From positions 3,844,001 to 3,908,000 of the forward strand of contig OZ024741.1 of the NCBI GenBank assembly GCA_964016885.1: DNA of 64,000 nt, given 5' to 3'. The notes below the pieces were generated by a model. The model did not search any database, was not told the origin of the DNA, and saw nothing but the letters and a program-made list of their open reading frames with translations. Origin of the DNA: Eledone cirrhosa (lineage: Eukaryota). This document shows positions 52,301 to 64,000 of the stretch, piece by piece. A program made the translations under genes and the position numbers. Each line of letters opens with the position of its first letter. The first letter of the stretch is position 1.

Positions 52301-55300
52301 AATGGATCCAGTGTCTCGACAGCTAACAACTGATGCAGGTAGTTTGTTCCATGGAGGTTTTAATGGATCCAGTGTCTCGACAGCTAACAACTAATGAAGG
52401 TAGTTTGTTCCATGGAGGTTTTAAAGGATCCAGTGTCTCGACAGCTAACAACTGATGTAGGTAGTTTGTTCCATGGAGGTTTTAAAGGATGCAGTGTCCC
52501 GACAGCTAACAACTGATGCAGGTAGTGTGTTCCATGGAGGTTTTTAACGATGCAGTGTCTCGACAGCTAACAACTGATGCAGGTAGTTTGTTCCATAGAG
52601 GTTTTTAAAGATGCAGTGTCTCGACAGCTAACAACTGATGCAGATAGTTTGTTCCATGGAGGTTTTAATGGATCCAGTGTCTCGACAGCTAACAACTAAT
52701 GGAGGTAGTTTGTTCCATGGAGGTTTTAAAGGATCCAGTGTCTCGACAGCTAACAACTGATCTAGGTAGTTTGTTCCATGGAGGTTTTAAAGGATGCAGT
52801 GTCCCGACAGCTAACAACTGATGCAGGTAGTGTGTTCCATGGAGGTTTTTAAGGATGCAGTGTCTCGACAGCTAACAACTGATGCAGGTAGTTTGTTCCA
52901 TAGAGGTTTTTAAAGATGCAGTGTCTCGACAGCTAACAACTGATGCAGGTAGTTTGTTCCATGGAGGTTTTAATGGATCCAGTGTCTCGACAGCTAACAA
53001 CTAATGGAGGTAGTTTGTTACATGGAGGTTTTAAAGGATCCAGTGTCTCGACAGCTAACAACTGATGTAGGTAGTTTGTTCCATGGAGGTTTTAAAGGAT
53101 GCAGTGTCTCGACAGCTAACAACTGATGCAAGTAGTTTGTTCCATGGAGGTTTTAAAGGATGCAGTGTCTCGACAGCTAACAACTGATGCAGGTAGTTTA
53201 TTCCATAGAGGTTTTAAAGGATGCAGTGTCTCGACAGCTAACAACTGATGCAGGTAGTTTGTTCAATAGAGGTTTTTAAGGATGCAGTGTCTCGACAGCT
53301 AACAACTGATGTAGGTAGTTTGTTCCATAGAGGTTTTAAAGGATGCAGTGTCTCGACAGCTAACAACTGATGCAGGTAGTTTGTTCCATAGAGGTTTTTA
53401 AGGATGCAGTGTCTCAACAGCTAACAACTGATGCAGGTAGTTTGTTCCATAGAGGTTTTTAAGGATGCAGTGTCTCGACAGCTAACAACTGATGCAGGTA
53501 GTTTGTTCCATGGAGGTTTTAATGGATCCAGTGTCTCGACAGCTAACAACTAATGGAGGTAGTTTGTTCCATGGAGGTTTTAAAGGATCCAGTGTCTCGA
53601 CAGCTAACAACTGATGCATGTAGTTTGTTCCATGGAGGTTTTAAAGGATGCAGTATCTCAAAAGCTAACAACTGATGCAGGTAGTTTGTTCCATAGAGGT
53701 TTTAAAGGATGCAGTGTCCCGACAGCTAACAACTGATGCAGGTAGTGTGTTCCATGGAGGTTTTTAAGGATGCAGTGTCTCGACAGCTAACAACTGATGC
53801 AGGTAGTTTGTTCCATGGAGGTTTTAATGGATCCAGTGTCTCGACAGCTAACAACTGATGAAGGTAGTTTGTTCCATGGATGTTTTAAAGGATGCAGTGT
53901 CTCGACAGCTAACAACTGATGCAGGTAGTTTGTTCCATGGAGGTTTTAAAGGAAGCAGTGTCTCGACAGCTAACAACTGATGCAGGTAGTTTGTTCCATA
54001 GAGGTTTTAAAGGATGCAGTGTCTCAACAGCTAACAACTGATGCAGGTAGTTTGTTCCATGGATGTTTTAAAGGATGCAGTGTCTCGACAGCTAACAACT
54101 GATGAAGGTAGTTTGTTCCATGGAGGTTTTAGAGGATGCAGTATCTCAAAAGCTAACAACTGATGCAGGTAGTTTGTTCCATAGAGGTTTTAAAGGATGC
54201 AGTGTCACGACAGCTAACAACTGATGCAGGTAGTGTGTTCCATGGAGGTTTTTAAGGATGCAGTGTCTCAACAGCTAACAACTGATGCAGGTAGTTTGTT
54301 CCATGGAGGTTTTAATGGATCCAGTGTCTCGACAGCTAACAACTAATGAAGGTAGTTTGTTCCATGGAGGTTTTAAAGGATCCAGTGTCTTGACAGCTAA
54401 CAACTGATGTATGTAGTTTGTTCCATGGAGGTTTTAAAGGATGCAGTGTCCTGACAGCTAACAACTGATGCAGGTAGTGTGTTCCATGGAGGTTTTTAAG
54501 GATGCAGTGTCTCGACAGCTAACAACTGATGCAGGTAGTTTGTTCCATAGAGGTTTTTAAAGATGCAGTGTCTCGACATCTAACAACTGATGTAGGTAGT
54601 TTGTTCCATGGAGGTTTTAAAGGATGCAGTGTCTCGACAGCTAACAACTGATTCTGGTAGTTTGTTCCAAGGAGGTTTCAAACGATCCAGTGTCTTGACA
54701 GCTAACAACTGGTGTTGGTAGTTTGTTCCATGGAGGTTTTAAATGATGCAGTGTCTCGACAGCTAACAACTGATTCTGGTAGTTTGTTCCATGGAGGTTT
54801 CAAACGATCCAGTGTCTCGACAGCTAACAACTGATGCAGGTAGTTTGTTCCATGGAGATTTTAAAGGATCTAGTGTCTCGATAGCTAACAACTGATGCTG
54901 GTAGTTTGTTCCATGGAGGTTTTAAAGGATGCAGTGTCTCGACAGCTAACAACTGGTGCAGGTAGTTTGTTCCATGGATGTTTTAAAGGATGCAGTGTCT
55001 CGACAGCTAACAACTGATGCTGGTAGTTTGTTCCATGGAGATTTTAAAGGATCTAGTGTCTCGATAGCTAACAACTGATGCTGGTAGTTTGTTCCTTGGA
55101 GGTTTTAAAGGATGCAGTGTCTCGACAGCTAACAACTGGTGCAGGTAGTTTGTTCCATGGAGGTTTTAAAAGATGCAGTGTCTCGACAGCTAACAACTGA
55201 TGCAGGTAGTTTGTTCCATGGAGGTTTTAAAGGATGCAGTATCTCAAAAGCTAACAACTGATGCAGATAGTTTGTTCCATAGAAGTTTTAAAGGATGCAG

Positions 55301-58300
55301 TGTCCGGACAGCTAACAACTGATACAGGTAGTGTGTTCCATGGAGGTTTTTAAGGATGCAGTGTCTCGACAGCTAACAACCGATGCAGGTAGTTTGTTCC
55401 ATAGAGGTTTTTAAGGATGCAGTGTCTCGACAGCTAACAACTGATGCAGGTAGTTTGTTCCACGGAGGTTTTAATGGATCCAGTGTCTCGACAGCTAACA
55501 ACTGATGCAGGTAGTTTGTTCCATGGAGGTTTTAATGGATCCAGTGTCTCGACAGCTAACAACTAATGAAGGTAGTTTGTTCCATGGAGGTTTTAAAGGA
55601 TCCAGTGTCTCGACAGCTAACAACTGATGTAGGTAGTTTGTTCCATGGAGGTTTTAAAGGATGCAGTGTCCCGACAGCTAACAACTGATGCAGGTAGTGT
55701 GTTCCATGGAGGTTTTTAAGGATGCAGTGTCTCGACAGCTAACAACTGATGCAAGTAGTTTGTTCCATGGAGGTTTTAAAGGATGCAGTGTCTCGACAGC
55801 TAACAACTGATGCAGGTAGTTTATTCCATAGAGGTTTTAAAGGATGCAGTGTCTCGACAGCTAACAACTGATGCAGGTAGTTTGTTCAACAGAGGTTTTT
55901 AAGGATGCAGTGTCTCGACAGCTAACAACTGATGTAGGTAGTTTGTTCCATAGAGGTTTTAAAGGATGCAGTGTCTCGACAGCTAACAACTGAGGCAGGT
56001 AGTTTGTTCCATAGAGGTTTTTAAGGATGCAGTGTCTCGACAGCTAACAACTGATGCAGGTAGTTTGTTCCATAGAGGTTTTTAAGGATGCAGTGTCTCG
56101 ACAGCTAACAACTGATGCAGGTAGTTTGTTCCATGGAGGTTTTAATGGATCCAGTGTCTCGACAGCTAACAACTAATGGAGGTAGTTTGTTCCATGGAGG
56201 TTTTAAAGGATCCAGTGTCTCGACAGCTAACAACTGATGCATGTAGTTTGTTCCATGGAGGTTTTAAAGGATGCAGTATCTCAAAAGCTAACAACTGATG
56301 CAGGTAGTTTGTTCCATAGAGGTTTTAAAGGATGCAGTGTCCCGACAGCTAACAACTGATGCAGGTAGTGTGTTCCATGGAGGTTTTTAAGGATGCAGTG
56401 TCTCGACAGCTAACAACTGATGCAGGTAGTTTGTTCCATGGAGGTTTTAATGGATCCAGTGTCTCGACAGCTAACAACTGATGAAGGTAGTTTGTTCCAT
56501 GGATGTTTTAAAGGATGCAGTGTCTCGACAGCTAACAACTGATGCAGGTAGTTTGTTCCATGGAGGTTTTAAAGGAAGCAGTGTCTCGACAGCTAACAAC
56601 TGATGCAGGTAGTTTGTTCCATAGAGGTTTTAAAGGATGCAGTGTCTCAACAGCTAACAACTGATGCAGGTAGTTTGTTCCATGGATGTTTTAAAGGATG
56701 CAGTGTCTCGACAGCTAACAACTGATGAAGGTAGTTTGTTCCATGGAGGTTTTAGAGGATGCAGTATCTCAAAAGCTAACAACTGATGCAGGTAGTTTTT
56801 TCCATAGAGGTTTTAAAGGATGCAGTGTCACGACAGCTAACAACTGATGCAGGTAGTGTGTTCCATGGAGGTTTTTAAGGATGCAGTGTCTCAACAGCTA
56901 ACAACTGATGCAGGTAGTTTGTTCCATGGAGGTTTTAATGGATCCAGTGTCTCGACAGCTAACAACTAATGAAGGTAGTTTGTTCCATGGAGGTTTTAAA
57001 GGATCCAGTGTCTTGACAGCTAACAACTGATGTAGGTAGTTTGTTCCATGGAGGTTTTAAAGGATGCAGTGTCCTGACAGCTAACAACTGATGCAGGTAG
57101 TTTGTTCCATGGAGGGTTTTAAGGATGCAGTGTCTCGACAGCTAACAACTGATGCAGGTAGTTTGTTCCATAGAGGTTTTTAAAGATGCAGTGTCTCGAC
57201 ATCTAACAACTGATGTAGGGAGTTTGTTCCATGGAGGTTTTAAAGGATGCAGTGTCTCGACAGCTAACAACTGATTCTGGTAGTTTGTTCCAAGGAGGTT
57301 CCAAACGATCCAGTGTCTCGACAGCTAACAACTGATGCAGGTAGTTTTTTCCATGGATGTTTTAAAGGATGCAGTGTCTCGACAGCTAACAACTGATGCT
57401 GGTAGTTTGTTCCATGGAGATTTTAAAGGATCTAGTGTCTCGATAGCTAACAACTGATGCTGGTAGTTTGTTCCATGGAGGTTTTAAAGGATGCAGTGTC
57501 TTGACAGCTAACAACTGATGGAGGTAGTTTCTTCCATGGAGATTTTAAAGGATGCAGTGTCGCGACAGCTAACAACCGATGCTGGTAGTTTGTTCCATGC
57601 AGGTTTTAAAGGATCCAGTGTCTCGACAGCTAACAGCTGATGCTGGTAGTTTGTTCCATGGAGGTTTTAAAGGATGCAGTGTCTTGACAGCTAACAACTG
57701 ATGCAGGTAGTTTGTTCCATGGAGGTTTTAAAGGATGCAGTATCTCAAAAGCTAGCAACTGATGCAGGTAGTTTGTTCCATGGAGGTTTTAATGGATCCA
57801 TTGTCTCGACAGCTAACAACTAATGAAGGTAGTTTGTTCCATGGATGTTTTAAAGGATGCAGTGTCTCGACAGCTAACAACTGATGCAGGTAGTTTGTTC
57901 CATAGAGGTTTTTATGGATGCAGTGTCTTGACAGCTAACAACTGATGCAGGTAGTTTGTTCCATGGAGGTTTTAATGGATCCAGTGTCTCGACAGCTAAC
58001 AACTAATGAAGGTAATTTGTTCCATGGAGGTTTTAAAGGATCCAGTGTCTCGACAGCTAACAACTGATGTAGTTAGTTTGTTCCATGGAGGTTTTAAAGG
58101 ATGCAGTGTCTCGACAGCTAACAACTGATGCAAGTAGTTTGTTCCATCGAGGTTTTAAAGGATGCAGTGTCTCGACAGCTAACAACTGATGCAAGTAGTT
58201 TGTTCCATGGAGGTTTTAAAGGATGCAGTGTCTCCACAGCTAACAACTGATTCTGGTAGTTTGTTCCATGGAGGTTTTAAAGGATGCAGTGTCTTGACAG

Positions 58301-61300
58301 CTAACAACTGGTGCTGGTAGTTTGTTCCATGGAGGTTTTAAAGGATGCAGTGTCTCGACAGCTAACAACTGATTCTGGTAGTTTGTTCCATGGAGGTTTC
58401 AAACGATCCAGTGTCTCGACAGCTAACAACTGATGCAGGTAGTTTGTTCCATGGATGTTTTAAAGGATGCAGTGTCTCGACAGCTAACAACTGATGCTGG
58501 TAGTTTGTTCCATGGAGATTTTAAAGTATCTAGTGTCTCGATAGCTAACAACTGATGCTGGTAGTTTGTTCCATGGAGGTTTTAAAGGATGCAGTGTCTT
58601 GACAGCTAACAACTGATGGAGGTAGTTTCTTCCATGGATGTTTTAAAGGATGCAGTGTCGCGACAGCTAACAACCGATGCTGGTAGTTTGTTCCATGCAG
58701 GTTTTAAAGGATCCAGTGTCTCGACAGCTAACAGCTGATGCTGGTAGTTTGTTCCATGGAGGTTTGAAAGGATGCAGTGTCTTGACAGCTAACAACTGAT
58801 GCAGGTAGTTTGTTCCATGGAGGTTTTAAAGGATGCAGTATCTCAAAAGCTAGCAACTGATGCAGGTAGTTTGTTCCATGGAGGTTTTAATGGATCCAGT
58901 GTCTCGACAGCTAACAACTAATGAAGGTAGTTTGTTCCATGGAGGTTTTAAAGGATGCAGTGTCTCGACAGCTAACAACTGATGCAGGTAGTTTGTTCCA
59001 TAGAGGTTTTTTAGGATGCAGTGTCTTGACAGCTAACAACTGATGCAGGTAGTTTGTTCCATGGAGGTTTTAATGGATCCAGTGTCTCGACAGCTAACAA
59101 CTAATGAAGGTAGTTTGTTCCATGGAGATTTTAAAGGATCCAGTGTCTCGACAGCTAAAAACTGATGTAGTTAGTTTGTTCCATGGAGGTTTTAAAGGAT
59201 GCAGTGTCTCGACAGCTAACAACTGATGCAAGTAGTTTGTTCCATGGAGGTTTTAAAGGATGCAGTGTCTCGACAGCTAACAACCGATGCTGGTAGTTTG
59301 TTCCATGCAGGTTTTAAAGGATCCAGTGTCTCGACAGCTAACAGCTGATGCTGGTAGTTTGTTCCATGGAGGTTTTAAAGGATGCAGTGTCTCGACAGCT
59401 AACAACTGATTCTGGTAGTTTGTTCCATGGAGGTTTTAAAGGATGCAGTGTCTTGACAGCTAACAACTGGTGTTGGTAGTTTGTTCCATGGAGGTTTTAA
59501 AGGATGCAGTGTCTCGACAGCTAACAACTGATTCTGATAGTTTGTTCCATGGAGGTTTCAAACGATCCAGTGTCTCGACAGCTAACAACTGATGCAGGTA
59601 GTTTGTTCCATGGAGATTTTAAAGGATCTAGTGTCTCGATAGCTAACAACTGATGCTGGTAGTTTGTTCCATGGAGGTTTTAAAGGATGCAGTGTCTCGA
59701 CAGCTAACAACTGGTGCAGGTAGTTTGTTCCATGGATGTTTTAAAGGATGCAGTGTCTCGACAGCTAACAACTGATGCTGGTAGTTTGTTCCATGGAGAT
59801 TTTAAAGGATCTAGTGTCTCGATAGCTAACAACTGATGCTGGTAGTTTGTTCAATGGAGGTTTTAAACGATGCAGTGTCTCGACAGCTAACAACTGGTGC
59901 AGGTAGTTTGTTCCATGGAGGTTTTAAAAGATGCAGTGTCTCGACAGCTAACAACTGATGCAGGTAGTTTGTTCCATGGAGGTTTTAAAGGATGCAGTAT
60001 CTCAAAAGCTAACAACTGATGCAGATAGTTTGTTCCATAGAAGTTTTAAAGGATGCAGTGTCCGGACAGCTAACAACTGATGCAGGTAGTGTGTTCCATG
60101 GAGGTTTTTAAGGATGCAGTGTCTCGACAGCTAACAACTGATGCAGGTAGTTTGTTCCATAGAGGTTTTTAAGGATGCAGTGTCTCGACAGCTAACAACT
60201 GATGCAGGTAGTTTGTTCCACGGAGGTTTTAATGGATCCAGTGTCTCGACAGCTAACAACTGATGCAGGTAGTTTGTTCCATGGAGGTTTTAATGGATAC
60301 AGTGTCTCGACAGCTAACAACTAATGAAGGTAGTTTGTTCCATGGAGGTTTTAAAGGATCCAGTGTCTCGACAGCTAACAACTGATGTAGGTAGTTTGTT
60401 CCATGGAGGTTTTAAAGGATGCAGTGTCCCGACAGCTAACAACTGATGCAGGTAGTTTGTTCCATGGAGGTTTTAATGGATCCATTGTCTCGACAGCTAA
60501 CAACTAATGAAGGTAGTTTGTTCCATGGATGTTTTAAAGGATGCAGTGTCTCGACAGCTAACAACTGATGCAGGTAGTTTGTTCCATGGAGGTTTTAATG
60601 GATCCAGTGTCTCGACAGCTAACAACTAATGAAGGTAATTTGTTCCATGGAGGTTTTAAAGGATCCAGTGTCTCGACAGCTAACAACTGATGTAGTTAGT
60701 TTGTTCCATGGAGGTTTTAAAGGATGCAGTGTCTCGACAGCTAACAACTGATGCAAGTAGTTTGTTCCATCGAGGTTTTAAAGGATGCAGTGTCTCGACA
60801 GCTAACAACTGATGCAGGTAGTTTGTTCCATGGAGGTTTTAAAGGAAGCAGTGTCTCGACAGCTAACAACTGATGCAGGTAGTTTGTTCCATAGAGGTTT
60901 TAAAGGATGCAGTGTCTCAACAGCTAACAACTGATGCAGGTAGTTTGTTCCATGGATGTTTTAAAGGATGCAGTGTCTCGACAGCTAACAACTGATGAAG
61001 GTAGTTTGTTCCATGGAGGTTTTAGAGGATGCAGTATCTCAAAAGCTAACAACTGATGCAGGTAGTTTGTTCCATAGAGGTTTTAAAGGATGCAGTGTCA
61101 CGACAGCTAACAACTGATGCAGGTAGTGGGTTCCATGGAGGTTTTTAAGGATGCAGTGTCTCGACAGCTAACAACTGATGCAGGTAGTTTGTTCCATGGA
61201 GGTTTTAATGGATCCAGTGTCTCGACAGCTAACAACTAATGAAGGTAGTTTGTTCCATGGAGGTTTTAAAGGATCCAGTGTCTTGACAGCTAACAACTGA

Positions 61301-64000
61301 TGTAGGTAGTTTGTTCCATGGAGGTTTTAAAGGATGCAGTGTCCTGACAGCTAACAACTGATGCAGGTAGTGTGTTCCATGGAGGGTTTTAAGGATGCAG
61401 TGTCTCGACAGCTAACAACTGATGCAGGTAGTTTGTTCCATAGAGGTTTTTAAAGATGCAGTGTCTCGACATCTAACAACTGATGTAGGTAGTTTGTTCC
61501 ATGGAGGTTTTAAAGGATGCAGTGTCTCGACAGCTGACAACTGATTCTGGTAGTTTGTTCCAAGGAGGTTCCAAACGATCCAGTGTCTCGACCGCTAACA
61601 ACTGATGCAGGTAGTTTGTTCCATGGATGTTTTAAAGGATGCAGTGTCTCGACAGCTAACAACTGATGCTGGTAGTTTGTTCCATGGAGATTTTAAAGGA
61701 TGCAGTGTCGCGACAGCTAACAACCGATGCTGGTAGTTTGTTCCATGCAGGTTTTAAAGGATCCAGTGTCTCGACAGCTAACAGCTGATGCTGGTAGTTT
61801 GTTCCATGGAGGTTTTAAAGGATGCAGTGTCTCGACAGGTAACAACTGATGCAGGTAGTTTGTTCCATAGAGGTTTTTATGGATGCAGTGTCTTGACAGC
61901 TAACAACTGATGCAGGTAGTTTGTTCCATGGAGGTTTTAATGGATCCAGTGTCTCGACAGCTAACAACTAATGAAGGTAATTTGTTCCATGGAGGTTTTA
62001 AAGGATCCAGTGTCTCGACAGCTAACAACTGATGTAGTTAGTTTGTTCCATGGAGGTTTTAAAGGATGCAGTGTCTCGACAGCTAACAACTGATGCAAGT
62101 AGTTTGTTCCATCGAGGTTTTAAAGGATGCAGTGTCTCGACAGCTAACAACTGATGCAAGTAGTTTGTTCCATGGAGGTTTTAAAGGATGCAGTGTCTCG
62201 ACAGCTAACAACTGATTCTGGTAGTTTGTTCCATGGAGGTTTCAAACGATCCAGTGTCTCGACAGCTAACAACTGATGCAGGTAGTTTGTTCCATGGAGA
62301 TTTTAAAGGATCTAGTGTCTCGATAGGTAACAACTGATGCTGGTAGTTTGTTCCATGGATGTTTTAAAGGATGCAGTGTCTCGACAGCAAACAACTGATG
62401 CTGGTAGTTTGTTCCATGGAGATTTTAAAGTATCTAGTGTCTCGATAGCTAACAACTGATGCTGGTAGTTTGTTCCATGGAGGTCTTAAAGGATGCAGTG
62501 TCTTGACAGCTAACAACTGATGGAGGTAGTTTCTTCCATGGATGCTTTAAAGGATGCAGTGTTGCGACAGCTAACAACCGATGCTGGTAGTTTGTTCCAT
62601 GCAGGTTTTAAAGGATCCAGTGTCTCGACAGCTAACAGCTGATGCTGGTAGTTTGTTTCATGGAGGTTTGAAAGGATGCAGTGTCTTGACAGCTAACAAC
62701 TGATGCAGGTAGTTTGTTCCATGGAGGTTTTAAAGGATGCAGTATCTCAAAAGCTAGCAACTGATGCAGGTAGTTTGTTCCATGGAGGTTTTAATGGATC
62801 CAGTGTCTCGACAGCTAACAACTAATGAAGGTAGTTTGTTCCATGGAGGTTTTAAAGGATGCAGTGTCTCGACAGCTAACAACTGATGCAGGTAGTTTGT
62901 TCCATAGAGGTTTTTTAGGATGCAGTGTCTTGACAGCTAACAACTGATGCAGGTAGTTTGTTCCATGGAGGTTTTAATGGATCCAGTGTCTCGACAGCTA
63001 ACAACTAATGAAGGTAGTTTGTTCCATGGAGGTTTTAAAGGATGCAGTGTCTCGACAGCTAACAACTGATGCAAGTAGTTTGTTCCATGGAGGTTTTAAA
63101 GGATGCAGTGTCTCGACAGCTAACAACTGATTCTGGTAGTTTGTTCCATGGAGGTTTTAAAGGATGCAGTGTCTTGACAGCTAACAACTGGTGTTGGTAG
63201 TTTGTTCCATGGAGGTTTTAAAGGATGCAGTGTCTCGACAGCTAACAACTGATTCTGATAGTTTGTTCCATGGAGGTTTCAAACGATCCAGTGTCTCGAC
63301 AGCTAACAACTGATGCACGTAGTTTGTTCCATGGAGATTTTAAAGGATGCAGTGTCTCGACAGCTAACAACTGGTGCAGGTAGTTTGTTCCATGGATGTT
63401 TTAAAGGATGCAGTGTCTCGACAGCTAACAACTGATGCTGGTAGTTTGTTCCATGGAGATTTTAAAGGATCTAGTGTCTCGATAGCTAACAACTGATGCT
63501 GGTAGTTTGTTCCATGGAGGTTTTAAAGGATGCAGTGTCTCGACAGCTAACAACTGGTGCAGGTAGTTTGTTCCATGGAGGTTTTAAAAGATGCAGTGTC
63601 TCGACAGCTAACAACTGATGCAGGTAGTTTGTTCCATGGAGGTTTTAAAGGATGCAGTATCTCAAAAGCTAACAACTGATGCAGATAGTTTGTTCCATAG
63701 AAGTTTTAAAGGATGCAGTGTCCGGACAGCTAACAACTGATGCAGGTAGTGTGTTCCATGGAGGTTTTTAAGGATGCAGTGTCTCGACAGCTAACAACTG
63801 ATGCAGGTAGTTTGTTCCATAGAGGTTTTTAAGGATGCAGTGTCTCGACAGCTAACAACTGATGCAGGTAGTTTGTTCCACGGAGGTTTTAATGGATCCA
63901 GTGTCTCGACAGCTAACAACTGATGCAGGTAGTTTGTTCCATGGAGGTTTTAATGGATCCAGTGTCTCGACAGCTAACAACTAATGAAGGTAGTTTGTTC
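49350..64000 (+). repeat. Right-hand sub-family domain: patchwork higher-order repeats with 52-, 78- and 60-monomer spacings
   Basis: TTCCACGGAGG occurs at 52291, 55463, 60221 and 63881 (spacings 3172, 4758, 3660 = 52, 78, 60 x61). Each is preceded by the GCAGATAG...TAGAAG...TCCGGAC monomer. Other markers are GGTGTTGG, AAAGTATCTAG, TTCCAAGGAGG and CCATCGAGG. Confidence 0.83.

Larger units (their letters stand above)
1..64000 (+). repeat. Tandem satellite DNA array, 61-bp monomer, ~1,049 copies, head-to-tail, truncated at both window edges
   Basis: Every 60-nt line is shifted by one base relative to the previous one, giving a period of 61. Monomer starts fall at 1, 62, 123 ... 63986. Consensus is GCAGGTAGTTTGTTCCATGGAGGTTTTAAAGGATGCAGTGTCTCGACAGCTAACAACTGAT. 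Most copies differ from it by 0-4 substitutions. No non-repeat sequence and no reverse-orientation copy was seen. Confidence 0.99.

Noticed and set aside
1-64000. CRISPR array (61-bp period resembles repeat plus spacer)
   Set aside because: There are no unique spacers: the whole 61 bp is conserved between units. No leader or cas genes are present.
1-64000. Giant repetitive protein gene (mucin- or adhesin-like)
   Set aside because: The unit length is not divisible by 3 and stop codons recur on both strands. No ORF exceeds 62 aa.
1-64000. Tandem RNA gene array (tRNA, 5S, spliced leader, snRNA) or telomeric repeat
   Set aside because: No cloverleaf, pol III A/B boxes, recognisable 5S/SL/snRNA sequence or short G-rich telomere unit. 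The monomer is too short to hold a gene plus spacer.
1-64000. Variant order as an information-storing or diversity-generating code
   Set aside because: The order is explained by nested in-register duplications and conversion. No associated enzyme gene, template/variable pair or adenine-specific mutagenesis is visible.

Overview
The whole 64,000-bp window is one uninterrupted, head-to-tail, single-orientation satellite DNA array built from a 61-bp monomer. The consensus is GCAGGTAGTTTGTTCCATGGAGGTTTTAAAGGATGCAGTGTCTCGACAGCTAACAACTGAT (27/61 = 44% GC, one CpG). There are 1,049 complete monomers plus a 15-bp partial, and the array runs off both edges. I found no genes, RNA genes, transposon insertions, inversions or CRISPR spacers. 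All short ORFs in the track sit on the eight 60-bp monomers made by 1-bp deletions and are artefacts. The informative structure lies in the monomer variants. Linked substitutions define recurrent monomer types, which occur in conserved orders (a 5-mer cassette and longer cassettes). These were amplified by nested duplications of 18, 25, 32-43, 51, 52-78, 65, 69-71 and 79 monomers, giving spatially separate sub-family domains with some long-range sharing of rare variants. Tracking monomer phase shows 12 single-base indels, all before ~33.1 kb, and none in the last ~30.9 kb. The sequence looks like eukaryotic heterochromatic, possibly (peri)centromeric, satellite, but I cannot identify the organism or family. 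I see no supportable new gene system. The most speculative idea is that each monomer resembles a minimal intron (GT...GCTAAC...CAG|GT).
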